A DNA stretch of 54,266 nt, the filler included, from Catajapyx aquilonaris (lineage: Eukaryota): the NCBI GenBank assembly GCA_000934665.2. It is 2 parts of 2 records of this genome, joined end to end, with 100 filler letters (N's around TTAATTAATTAA, not from the genome) between each part and the next. Parts side by side here need not be neighbours in the genome. Positions count along the whole stretch, not along the records: positions 1 to 27,061 come from KZ539288.1; 1 more part is not named here. One strand, 5' to 3'. How positions within the stretch are numbered: position 1 is the first letter of the stretch; each line of letters begins with the position of its first letter. The translations under genes and the position numbers were made by a program. Below are positions 1 to 11,836 of this stretch, piece by piece. Under the pieces are notes generated by a model. That model saw only the letters and a list, made by a program, of their open reading frames with translations, made no database searches and was not told the DNA's origin.

Positions 1-627
1 CGAAAGGTGTTCAAAACTTAAAAATAACAGTCACTATCACACTTACAATGTTCCTCATTGTTTTGTTGTAAAAAATCTGCGTTATGGACATTTTCCTACT
101 CTTATAGATTCAAGGATTCAATTGTCACAATCGAGCCAAACACTTCTTTCGGGGTCCCAAATCCCAACCACTTGGGTGGCAGGAAGTGCTGTGTATAACT
201 GCACCTGAAGATGCCAGTGAAATGGCAAGTATGCTGTGCTGAAGTGAACAAAGGGTGCCTTCCTGCCTTACTGGTACAGTACAATCTATGTACAGTACAT
301 TGTGGGCAAAGCATCCTCAATATTCATCCAACTCGCCACCTCTCCCAAGCATCCACATGCGCTTTAGCCCTTGCTCATGTAATGAGTTTCTTATATGCAA
401 GTGACTCAATTCCATTGGAAATAAATGTAATGCAGGAATCATTAACTATAATATATTTTTAATTAAACACAGAGATCTTCCTCTAAAATGTACAAAGTTT
501 TTCTGCATGGCATTCAAGCCTTCCCTCCCCATCCCTCTCTAAATGACTCCCACTTTGTGAAAATCTATCAGTCTGCAAAGAGAGAGAAGACCTTTGGGAT
601 TTAATTTCATTACTGAAATAAATGCCC

Positions 628-2766
628 TCAAGCTGGGCCTCCTGACTCTGACCCATCTGCAATTGGATTGACATTGTTAACTGCAGGTTGTTGCTGTGGC
701 TGCTTTCCTCTCAAGTCGAACACATCCTGTATGGCCTGCCTGAAGCACATGAAATTGTAGTGTATCAACCCTTGCCGGTCAAAGTTGTCCTCACGCAGTA
801 TGCAGACCAGCGCAAGAAACTTATTGACCTCACGCAAGTACAGCACAGTCGAGTTGTTGAGCCGTATCATGCTGGAGGATTGGGAATCAAAGGCAGCACC
901 ATCATCATGCTGGCCATATATGCAAGAGATGTCGATGACAACATCGATCATGTCGCAACACAGCTCGTAGCTCTGCATGTCCACAGGTGATGAGTCAGTG
1001 GCAATGTAAATTTTGGAGACCACATCAAACAGGAAGGCCTTCTCAATTCCAGAATTAGATATGAATATGTTGAGCAGGTTTTCTAAGGTAGGAAGCTGTG
1101 GGATGAGCTTCTGGACCACTTTAGAGAAGGCTTCAAATATGCTGTGGTCATAGATAGACGTGAGGTAAAAGGAGAGGTGAAGATTATCAAAGCCAGCATC
1201 CAGCAGGTCATCATTTGCCCTCTGGTGGACGTCTCGTTGGGCTTCCATCTTGGCATCATCTGAGAGGCCGTCCACCTTGTGCACAAATACCTTGGGAGAA
1301 AAAGTCAGAATGCAATTTTATGACCTTTACTGTTGACATTCCCAAACTCTCCGAGAAGTACCATTTCTGAGCCAATAGTACATTTGCACCCCCAACCTAA
1401 AGTAACGTGTCATTTGGTACTTGGGAGTCTTGCTACAGAGGTAATTCTCATTGTTACAAGAGTTCTTTATACAATCTGTAATGCAGATTAAACACATGAC
1501 ACCTTCATTGCATTGGAAACTCCTCATACACCAAATGTACTTCCCTTGTTAGTTATTTAATGTGAAAACTGATATGTGAAAGTTATCATTTTAACAAACA
1601 ATGATCCTCACCTCAAATCGTATTTGTGGATTGACTTTGAATGCCTTAGTGACCGTGAGATGTAGCTTGTTAAGAGCTTCCATGTAATCATCCTGTGCAT
1701 CAATGACAAAGACAAGGGCTCCACACCCACCAAAGATCATTTCTGAGTCGAAGGTTGGGTCAAAGAAGTCAATCTGGCCTGGAAAGTCCCAAATCTGGAA
1801 CTGGACAAAGGAGGAGTTGGAGATGTCATCCTTCACAATCTTATTGGTTGACTCCAGGAAGAGGGTCTCATTTGGCGACATCTTGTGGAAAACCACTTTC
1901 TGGATAGATGACTTGCCACTCCTTAAGATAAAACACATGCAAAAATTGCTGTTACTAAATTTCCACACTGTATTTTCTAAGCATGGCTAGCCCTCCCTTT
2001 TGATGACATGAAGAGGATTTCTGCAGGGCACCAGGTGGAATGTTTGGAGCAAACAGTAACAATTTCACCCTAAAATAATTTGTTTCATCGCTGATCAAAT
2101 CACTCATATGTAAGTACGGCCTTACTGTGCAAATAGTGGTAGGGTGGTGAAATCAAGAGTGACCAGATTTTTAAAAATGCACATCTAGTGGCCATACCAT
2201 CATACTGGTACACAAGGTAGGGTATGCCAGCCTGCAGTGAGATTTTGTCTACGTTTTATTAGTGAAAATATCTCATTACACCAGCCAACTGCTCTTCCAG
2301 AGTTCACGGGCCTCCTGGTTGACCTCATTTTACACAAAGTAAGCGGCTATTTGCATGGTAATATGTATCTAATTTGGGCAACTAATGAATAACTACAATA
2401 ATTCAAAGTTATCATAATTATGTCCAGGAGACCCAACTGCAATCAAGTAGCCTCAGACCATCAGTTTTTACCTCCTGAGTCCCATAAGGAGAATGCGTGG
2501 CTTCTGCTCAGTGGGCAATCCCCCCGAGGCAGTAGCAACAGCAGTAACTGCCTCTGGCTCCCCATCATATGGTCCGTAGGCAAACTCCTTGGGGAAGGAA
2601 CCCACGTCGTATCCTCCGCTGAACTGCTCCTCCTCCAGGGCCTTGTACGACGACTGCAAGATGGACCAAAGAAGCAAAATGTTATGTCTGACTCTGCTAG
2701 TAATACCTCCAGCATGCATGATATGGTAAAAGAGTAACGAATGACGGTAAGGGATCGCCTCACCAT
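628..2766 (-). CDS. RagC-D: Ras-related GTP-binding protein C/D (Rag GTPase, Gtr2 family), about 385 aa, 4 coding exons
   Basis: Exons 2766-2764 (ATG only, then gtgagg), 2653-2472, 1921-1612, 1290-628 join in frame with GT-AG introns. Protein has [50 protein letters not shown] and [14 protein letters not shown], the conserved RagC/D G-box motifs. Confidence 0.96.
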
Positions 2767-3393
2767 GGCAAGTGACGCAAAAGCTGTGTTGTGAATCAGC
2801 AGCGCGGGTGTGATAGACCGCCACGGCTGTGCTGCACAATCAGGTGACCGCTCCTGCCCCAGCCCCAGCTGGTATTTGATCCGGTCGGGGGCACAGGGGG
2901 GAAGGGCGTGTTTGTTTGCCTTCCTTACTTCCTTCCTTCGGTCTTGCCTCTATCTTCACACTACGTACGATGTTCCCGAATCCAACCCTCACATCACGAG
3001 GTGCTCACACACCCCCGACGACATTTTGGATCCCGAAGCACCTGATTGGACGAGATATAGCAGCTACAACTAGCACAGCTGCTACGACATTAAATTAGTT
3101 CGTGCCTGGCGGTGCAGGTGGCGCTGGTGTGCCCCCAACCATACCCAACCAGCCTGTGTCGGTTGTGCAGGTCCTCTGTTGTGTTGTGGGGAGTTGTTTG
3201 GAAGAAAAGAGTGGAAAAAAGAAGGCGGAGGTTGATGTCTGTTGGGTGAGGGAAGCAGCCGTCCATCGGAGCGGGTTGAGACTAGAGATGGCGGCGATGG
3301 ACTTGTTTGGGTGGCCAGGGTGAGACTGGGCCTGGGACGCCCCACGGGTCATCGGCCATCGGTCACGCCAAGGAAGGAAGGGGTGTTGCAGGA
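2767..3393. promoter_or_regulatory. CpG-rich bidirectional promoter / 5' UTR region between RagC/D and NKAIN
   Basis: The two start codons (2766 minus, 3394 plus) face away from each other about 630 bp apart; the interval is visibly GC/CpG-rich compared with the gene bodies. TSSs not determined. Confidence 0.6.
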
Positions 3394-6300
3394 ATGGGCC
3401 GCGCTGCTTGTGGACGGAGGTTCCTGGTCGTTGTGGTCTGTCTACAACTGGTAATTTAACTCGCGGTTTGGTTGGAAAAGGATTTCAACCTCAGTGCCCG
3501 TGTTGCTGACAAGCTGCATGATTGTGGTGGTGGAGGCCACATGCCAGGCATTCCAGTGTAATCAGCGTCTTTGCTCTCTCCTGCAGGTGGCCACAGCATG
3601 CAGGCAAGTGTTCAACTTCCTGGGCCCCCTCTGGCTGCCCATCCTGGCTGACTTTCTGCACCTGCTCGTGCTCGTCGTTGGACTTTTCGGGGCATCCTTG
3701 AGGCACTTCGCATACCTCTCCCTTGTGAGATTGTTGTTTTACATCAGTTGTATTTTTATTACATGTTCTGGCACCAGAGGTATGTTTTATCAAACCAGCC
3801 TAGACAAAAGTATTGTAGCTTAGATTGCTAGCCTACTCCTGAATGCATGTTGCATTATTTTAATATTATCTTGGAATTTTCTATTGTCCTCTAGTGGCAA
3901 TGGTTTAAATGTTTTTCAAAATACTGCAGTAAGAGTATATCTTTTTGACAAACACCACCATTTAATCACTGACACATGCAGAAAACATAGCTGCAATGTC
4001 TAATCTTTTATTGGTTTATTGCATTTATGAGTCCAAGGCTTTCATAGAGTTTAATACATATTTTGTTAAGGGCGCTGGATACCTATGCAATTTTTCAAAC
4101 TTGCGGGGCAAGTTTGGCTGAGTCACCGGTGCAGCGGTCTCTTTGCTCTGCCGATGCAGGCGTCTCGCTGGAGGTACGGACCTGAAATTTTCACAGCATG
4201 GCGAGGAATGTCCAATTGAGCCACAGACAGAGTTTTGATTAATTAGAATAATAATTGCTAGATCTACAAGGGGGATCTACAAGGTTTTGAAAAACGGCTC
4301 ACGACATCGTGGCTCCGGATTCGAATTTGGGAAATATCGTGACAGTCAGCGATGGCAAATTTTTTTCTCTTACTCCTCCAAAGCGCGATTAATTTGGGCT
4401 ATTGGTTTTTGCACAGCTATTAAAACCGTTTCATCACCCCACCTTGTAAAATCGGAGGGAGTACTTCCGAAAATAGAACAGTTGGTTCCTTGTTGCCCAC
4501 ACACGTTTTAAATTATTTAGCCTTATCCCAAACCAGTTCCCTGGCAACCTGGACAGGGAACCAACTATTCTACGTCTGCGGCTCGGTCTGCGGCTCAATT
4601 GGACCTTCCTCACCATGCTCTGAAAATTTCAGGTCCGTACCTCCAGCGAGATGCCCGCATTGGCTGTGCAAAGCGAACGCTGCACCAGTGACTCGGCCAA
4701 AGTTGGCCTGCGATTCTGAAAAATCGCATAGATATCCGGTGCCCTTGAACTAAAGAAATGTGCTGCCTTCAGCGACGGATTTACAAACTCATATCTTCCA
4801 ACTAGGCCTATTCCCCATGCATATCCTCTGTTCGCATGCACTCACGTATGTATCTAAATTATCATTGAACTTTATGACCAGGTATTTCTATCTGCTCATA
4901 ATGGGGAACTAGCCTTAGTCTGGGATTTGGGATTTTTGTTCATAACTAGTTAGCCCATGCCTGTAAACATACATTCCATCACTCTGTTGCATCAAAATGA
5001 CATTACTGGATAAATTACGGCACATTTAAAAGTGCCTTCAAAATTGGCGGGAAAAACAGAGCAACAGAGTTGTGCCAATCGAAAGAGTACACTGAAATGC
5101 CTGGTTGACTGCGAGATATGAGGAATTTGACTTTGAATTAACCGCGGACACGACGGAAAGCATTCGCAAGGCGGCTGTAGGCCATCGAGGTGGAGAAAAG
5201 GGGCCTTCATGTGCCGAATTCGGGTGACAGATAATTCCGACCTGGTGGCATCACTGCCATGTACAGAGCGGCTTGAGCGACCTGGAATAAATACGCGCCC
5301 CGGCCGCTATCTTGCTCACGGAATGGGACGGTTGCTAACAACAGCGAAGCATTTTACGACAATGACGGGGCGCGTTCTATAACACCATTTTTGCGTTCAT
5401 TTCACTTCGCGTGACGTCAACATTTTCTAGGCTGACAGTGACATCACCATCAGCCTACATAAAAACCCCAATTACTCCGGAACTGAAACTGATATCTTAA
5501 AACGGAATATGCCAAAAAAATCCAAAAAATATGGGCGAATTTATTATGTAGTTTCCAAAATGAAGGCTAGTTCCCCATTACCCCTTTATTATAAATGTCC
5601 ATGGCACTTTACAGTATTTGTATTTGATGTTCAAAAACATACTGGTTTCATTCTCCCCTACCCTTTCTTTTGAAGTATTCGGCCTATCCCCGGGTTAAGT
5701 TCGAAATTCCGTGCCCAATCCTGCTTACCGGCGCTTCCTGCCAGGGGCGCTGGGGTGCCAGTAAGGACCTCACTTTGAAAAAAAATAAATTATTTTACTT
5801 TGTTTGTGTTTATGAACGTCTATGGAGTTGGCACCACTGATCAACAACAAATTCGGTTTTTGTGTCCATGTTCCATTGATCCTCCCTCCCTCCCTCCTAC
5901 GACCTAAGTTGTCTTTTACAAGTGCCCTTCCAAAAATTGTCGAAGCATCTCAGTTTCTAATGCATTTTCCCCTATCAGAAATGATTCCCTTCCAAAAATT
6001 GTCGAAGCATCTCAGTTTCTAATGCATTTTCCCCTATCAGAAATGATTCACATACATATATGGCCAAGAAGGATTAGAATTTGCATCTGTGTGTGGTTTT
6101 TTTTTGTGTTTGGATTACCTCATCAGAGCAATGATTCCCTTTTCAGTATGCTTGCTGGCAGGTGGTGTGGATTGGATGGAGCCTGTTTGTAATGTGCCTT
6201 TTCCTTGAAGTTGGGATCTTGCGACGGGTGAGTTCTCACTTGTTATGCCATGTTTATTGAATTGACTGTATGTTTGACATAATATTTTGCTCTTAGGACA

Positions 6301-7697
6301 ATGGGATACTTGACTTGGGTACCAGAATTGGCAGTTGGTGGGAGATGGCTGGTCCTGGATGCCGTCCAATTTATGCCTTACTACCTCCTGACTCTTCTAC
6401 TCCTAATGGCGCTGATCCTGGAGAATCCACAGACTCTTCTGTACTCCTACCTCCTATGCCACTTCGTGTAGATGGCTGCATCTTAGATCCACAGTATGTG
6501 GAAGGCCTTCAGGCTGCCCTCCAGGCTCTCATGGCGGTAGGTTTGGGCAGTAATTTGGTGAATGTCTCATACACGTAGTCTTGACATGTGATTTTTTACA
6601 TGAAATATTGCACGTTACATAGGTGAAATCAGGCATATTACACCTGTGTAGTGAAAATCTCCTCCATTGTACCATCATATACACTCACGCCGATGACCTC
6701 ATTTGCAAGTGTGGCAATAAGTTAATTATACAGTTGTTATACATAGGCTATCTGTTTGCCAAATTTGAAGGCGATGTTAGCATCCATGAAACTTTCACAG
6801 ATTTTGATGTAAGCTCAATTATGAAACACTTCATGTGTTTGGAAAACAGGTTTCTTCAGTTTTGGAGATGACTTCCGAAGTCATCAAGTTTGACTGAATA
6901 TCAAGAATTCTGTGGTTTGCATAAGTGGCATGAGGGGTGGGTGGGTGTGGGGCAGTGTGTTTGGAGATTGTGGTTTTCAAATGACAATTTATTGATAACT
7001 GCCTACAGAATGCAATGCATTACAGGCTATGGGACTGGTTGGTGCTGCTGTGGTCCTTCACAGTGTTCGCTCCCTGGACTCAGATCGGCCGAAGCCTCAC
7101 CAGCAATCCCTCTATTCTATTCAAGTTAGTGAGGTACGAGACCATAGGGGGAGCATGAGAGGAGTCCCTCATTCCACCACACCATCACCCCATCCCACTG
7201 GAGGTGATGACGATGAAGAGGAAGAGGAAGGCACTGCATCACGTCCTCTCACCCCCAGAAGAGTTAAACGGCGGAGCATGAGGGGGTCTTTTGTAAGAGC
7301 TGTTGGGGCTGTCCCACAATCTGCAGTGGCTGTTCGTGGAAGTCGTCGCCATACTCGTAACTCCATAGGTGCAGGTGGCAGTTATGTTAATCCAGTCACC
7401 AGGCTCCTAGAACGTGGCAATGGGGATTCCTCTACATCTACTGATTCTGTAGCTGGGCGGGTGCCATTTGTTGGGCGGCCTGGGTCAGCAAGGGTAGTCC
7501 CACACCATGGCTACCCATCAAGAGGACACACCAACCCACTATTTCAAATGGCACCTGAAACTCCTCGGCCTGCATCAGCACATTCAGCCTATTCAAACTT
7601 TCATGGCCTGAGGCCCTTGCCTCATGGGCAGCCCTTGCCATGGACAGCTTCTCATCCACCTCCACCCTCTGCCCTCAGTGCAGAGACTGTCATATGA
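3394..7697 (+). CDS. NKAIN: Na+/K+-ATPase beta-subunit interacting protein (NKAIN family), about 395 aa, 5 coding exons, long low-complexity C-terminal tail
   Basis: Exons 3394-3450, 3587-3724, 6147-6227, 6297-6536, 7026-7697, all phase 0 with GT-AG. Spliced protein [54 protein letters not shown]...[20 protein letters not shown]...[10 protein letters not shown]...[10 protein letters not shown] matches the NKAIN consensus (RQVFDFLG.W.PILANFLH, YLEVG, SWW..GPGC). Confidence 0.92.
4070..4744. mobile_element. Non-autonomous DNA transposon (MITE) with long (~160-170 bp) imperfect terminal inverted repeats, in NKAIN intron 2
   Basis: 4070-~4230 (gggcgctggatacctatgc...tctcgctggaggtacggacctgaaattttc...caattgagcc) is the reverse complement of ~4590-4744 (ggctcaattgg...gaaaatttcaggtccgtacctccagcgaga...atatccggtgccc). 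Flanks are TTAA / TTGA, suggesting a TTAA target (Kolobok-like; PIF/Harbinger not excluded). No transposase ORF. Confidence 0.85.
4899..5580. mobile_element. Second probable MITE in NKAIN intron 2
   Basis: Perfect 18-bp inverted repeat taatggggaactagcctt (4899-4916) / aaggctagttccccatta (5563-5580) bracketing a CpG-rich interior unlike the surrounding intron. Confidence 0.6.
5925..6048. repeat. Perfect 62-bp tandem duplication
   Basis: cccttccaaaaattgtcgaagcatctcagtttctaatgcattttcccctatcagaaatgatt occurs at 5925-5986 and 5987-6048. Confidence 0.95.
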
Positions 7698-8136
7698 AAT
7701 CTCGTCTTACCACTGCCTTTGGGGTGAGTTAGAAGGTAAAGTTGTAATGGAAATTGCAGGCTAATTCATATTGGTGGTACACCATAATCTTTGCTATTCT
7801 ACTGCCCTTCAATGAGTTTGGCTAGATTAACAAAATGTGTTGCATCACATTAGTTACACCCTGTGCAATTATATTCTCAACTTGTCTGGAAGCATGTGCT
7901 GGTGACATTGGAAGGGTGTGACATGGTTTGAGAGGAAAGGTAGTAAGTTGGAGAAGTGGCCTCATGAAAGTGTCCTAATGTGGTAACTCGGCAAGGGAGC
8001 TTTCCTGCTCATGGCAGGTCCTTCCACCAAGAGGCACTTGTCGAACAGTAATACCATCCACATGCACTGAGTCTATCTAATGGAAGCGGCTTGCATTTTT
8101 TCCTCCACTCGACCACTGTCCCATCCATCACTTGTA

Positions 8137-8764
8137 CCCTTCCGAGCATAAAGATGGAGACAGCAGGTCCTTTTTTGACCTTTCTTTATCCAGCTCAAAT
8201 TAATGGACTCTTTTTGGACCGAGTTACCTGCTTCAGGCATGTGTTCGTGTATGTACAGTGCTGGACATATTAGCCGTCGCTGAATGGTTTTTTCCCGCGG
8301 CGGCGGCGGGGTTACCTGGCAACTTCGTCCGGCGGGCCAATTCAAACATCAGCCCATGGAGAGCGCTTCCATTGTTGCCACTGTTTACAAATCGAGTGAG
8401 TGACCCCAAAATGACTTATTGCTTCTAACATCATTATTTTCCCCGTTTTCTCCTGCATATCCCTGCAGATACTGCGTAAGCAGGCAGAAGAGACCCGTTG
8501 CTGGGTCGTCCGCGTCACTCACTCGATTTGTAAACAGTGGCAACAACGGAAGCGCTCTCCATGGGCTGATGTTTGAATTGGCCCGCCGGATGGGGTTGCC
8601 AGGTAACCCCGCCGCCGCCGCAGCGGAAAAAAAACATTCAGCGACGGCTAATATGTCCAGCACTGTACAGTATGACAGTATTTTTGATACCGTAATAGCT
8701 GAGATTGGCAGAGCAGCCTGCCGAAGGTGAGGGCCTGCCGTCTCCATCTTTATGCTCGCGGGTG
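8137..8764. mobile_element. Outer TA-flanked Tc1/mariner-type MITE (hosts a nested MITE)
   Basis: TIR ccgagcataaagatggagacagcaggtcc (~8142-8170) vs gggcctgccgtctccatctttatgctcgcg (8731-8760); TA dinucleotides at 8135-8136 and 8765-8766. Confidence 0.75.
8256..8665. mobile_element. Inner TA-flanked Tc1/mariner-type MITE with ~150-bp TIRs (CAGTG...CACTG)
   Basis: 8256-~8403 is a near-perfect reverse complement of ~8514-8665; TA at 8254-8255 and 8666-8667; CAGTG termini are typical of Tc1-like elements. Confidence 0.9.
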
Positions 8765-9187
8765 TACATGTACCTGACATTTACTGCAAAATTTCATAGC
8801 CTTGTTATGTGATATGAAGATAAAGGCACCTGCCTGAAACCTGAGTGTAGCCATTATTATTTTTAGTATGAGTTTGGTATTTGTTGGTGTGAAATAACCT
8901 GCCATCAAGGGGAGTAATTGCATGAATTCATATGAGCCAATTGTTTGGAAAGTAAGTTTTCTCGTAACTTTTTTTTCTTATTTCTCCTTGAGCATGTAGT
9001 ATGTAACTCATTGTTTTCCTTTCACATGCGACAAAACACTGAGTGGTAAATTTCTAGGTGTGTGAATGTACCACAAGCTACAGCACTGCTGCACAGACTG
9101 AATCAGGGTTAAAGGAATTACATTGGACATAGGCTGAGGTGGATTATTGCTCCAAATAAATGTGAACACTCCCAACCACATTTCCTG

Positions 9188-9572
9188 TCAGTGACATTAG
9201 AATGAGAGTACTTTCTTTATAATAATTTATGTGGAATAAGAGTGCATATGTTGAGTCCAGACTCCTGGCCCAATGTATATCTGAACTGACATGCCCCCAC
9301 CAGATAATGCTGAGGAAGGAATTGGCTGGAGAAGTAGGACATGGAGTTCCCACCCAGCAACAGTTTTCCAGCCGATCCCTTTCTTGCCCACAATTGAGTT
9401 TAGAATCGCCTGAGAAGGGACATGTCACATTAGCTACACTCTGAGCTAGCAGTACATCGGAGTTTGTTTGATTGGGAAAGAGCCCAAGCAACTGCAGCTA
9501 TCTGGCTGTCTATGCACGAATCAGTCATGTCCACATCTCAGAGTACACCATGGTTTATTCTAATGTCACTGA
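9188..9572. mobile_element. Possible old MITE
   Basis: 16-bp perfect inverted repeat tcagtgacattagaat (9188-9203) / attctaatgtcactga (9557-9572); no clear TSD. Confidence 0.4.
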
Positions 9573-11836
9573 ACGTGTCCTTACCAATTCTTGGGCAGTA
9601 GTACAATGGACTTCATAAGTGAGTTTTACCTCAGTGCAATTAATTTGTTATACTGTATAATGCAAATCTACAACACTTCCTCCTCCAGTTGTATGGAGCA
9701 TTACATTTAAAGCAGGACCTTCAGTGCAATCCGATAGTTCTTTCTTCTTGTACATAATTACATAGTATTTCTTTTGGAAGTTCCGTTTCCTTGCCTCTAT
9801 TGACCATTTGAACTTGTTCTGACCCACCTGCATGTGTATGCAGTACATGTATTTCCTAGGCGAGGGATAACGTAATGTATTTTTTGTAGCTATTAATGCA
9901 CTCCTCCGTCCAACAGACTGTGTCTACCAAAGAACAATGTTAGTAGATCGAGTCTCCAAAAACTGGAGGTAGTGGAAATAACTAAGATCTCATTTGAATC
10001 TAGGCACCAGGTGACGTTCAGTGAAACTCATGCTTTGGTTGATATGTTACGTTGAATTTTGATTTATTTATTTATGTTAAATGTATAAATGAGGTAATGT
10101 GGCTGCAGGCCAGGAAAAGTGGAGTATATGGAATATGTGTTGTTTATTAATGGATTTTATTACTACTGACTCACAATTAGCCATTTTAACACATCCTGTT
10201 TTCATTTATGCTCCATTCACTGCACTGAATAGTGAATATGAAACGTGGGTTTACATCCAGGAAGAATAGTGTTTCGATGTTTTGAGTAAAAGCAATAAAT
10301 TTCTGCCACAAGTGCTGACTTGGATGGTATGGTGTGGGATTAAGGATCATAGAATGCACAGTATGGATAACTTCTCTGCTTGGAGAGTTGCCCTTATTTA
10401 CCTATCACAGAGCATGATAAGCAAGGGCAACTGCCTGAGTTGGAAGCTCTCCTTGTTGCACATTCTCAAGGCCCTAAAGCCTAAACTAAATGGAGCAACT
10501 ACGGGTCATGCACAGGAGTAATGTGCACAATGATGGGAACTCGTTTCATTTCCAGAGTATTTATATTTGTGCAACTGTACTGCAGCCATGTTAGCATTTG
10601 TTGGACATTCTTACATTGTGTAGTATTTGCTTAATTTTATCAATTTGCAAGTGGACCAATCCATATGTAAATAAATTTATAAAATAAAGTCATTTTAAGT
10701 ACAAGTTTCATTATTGCAAGAGAATTGCTAATGTGCACATTCATGAGACAGAGGATTATGTACTGGACCATGCTCGTCATACACATGCAGGACAAAGCCC
10801 GTCTGCTATACAATGATAATTGTGTCAATTTGTAGCATACACAAACTTGCCACAAATTTTTGCGGTGTTTTTTATGAATCAAAAGTGTATTACGTTAGCA
10901 AGGGAAACCTTCAAAAGTGTGTAGCAATCAATATGATAAATGTGCTGAATTTTGACCCAGAAAATGCACCATGCATGTGGATGTAAGAAGTACACATGTG
11001 GAAATTTCTCTGTCAAGTGAAAATGTACAACAGAGCACAGAGCTTGATTTCTCATAGGAAACTACAAAGTCATCCAAGAAACATTCTTCAATGCATCCAG
11101 GATGCAGCATCATAAGTACACTGCCAGTGTGCACCATTGCCCTTCTGCAATACACCGCCGCATCCATTATGACCTGTGCATCGATACTGGTGATCTCTGC
11201 CATTCCGATTACGTTTTGTGAATACCTTGTCGGCTGGCGACTCCAATCATAATCGGAGATTTTTCGTGAATCATACAACCTGGCGTAAGCTAATGATCGG
11301 TAGATCAGCTGTTCGATGAGAGTTTCCGGCGCATGCGAAGTGTCGGGAATGCGGCGGGCGCTGATCGACGACCGGGAGAAATAATAATCGGTCGCGTTCC
11401 AGCAGAATCAGTCGGAGGCAAGATTGAATTTTCAAACATGCCAAATCGACTGTGCTTCCAGTGAATAGGATGAATGTCGGTCGGTGGTTCGACGTCGACA
11501 TTTTGTGTCCGACAGAGGGAGAGTCTAGCTGCGGCGCGCTGTTTATTTTTCGCCTTGTGCCCGCTCCTGTGGCGCCGGTCTAAAATAGATCGATAGATAC
11601 GTCTCGGGCGGTTTCGCCGGGATGTCTAGTGAGAGTAGATTGCGCAGACGAGCAGCGTCGCCCGTGCTTTAACTGCGGGGGCCGTCGGCGGCGTCTGTCT
11701 CTTGGCGCCCGCCGGCAGAAGAAGCAGGTGCGTGTCCCTCTTCACCTCCATCCTCCCCCAGCCCGCCCGCTTGTCGACTCCGGTGCCACCGCCGCCGGTA
11801 CCGATCGTCGCGGGCACCTCCGCAGTGTGGGGCAGC

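Noticed and set aside
7100..7697. Long low-complexity NKAIN C-terminal tail as a novelty
   Set aside because: Insect NKAIN proteins are known to have extended C-termini; not unusual by itself.
8073..8780. ORFs in the 8.1-8.8 kb inverted repeat (shared SIKMETAGP peptide on both strands)
   Set aside because: They arise from the TIR symmetry; no transposase motifs.
10928..11501. Minus-strand ORFs upstream of glutaminase (possible divergent small gene)
   Set aside because: No recognisable protein similarity or consistent exon chain; could be a divergent non-coding transcript but this is unsupported.
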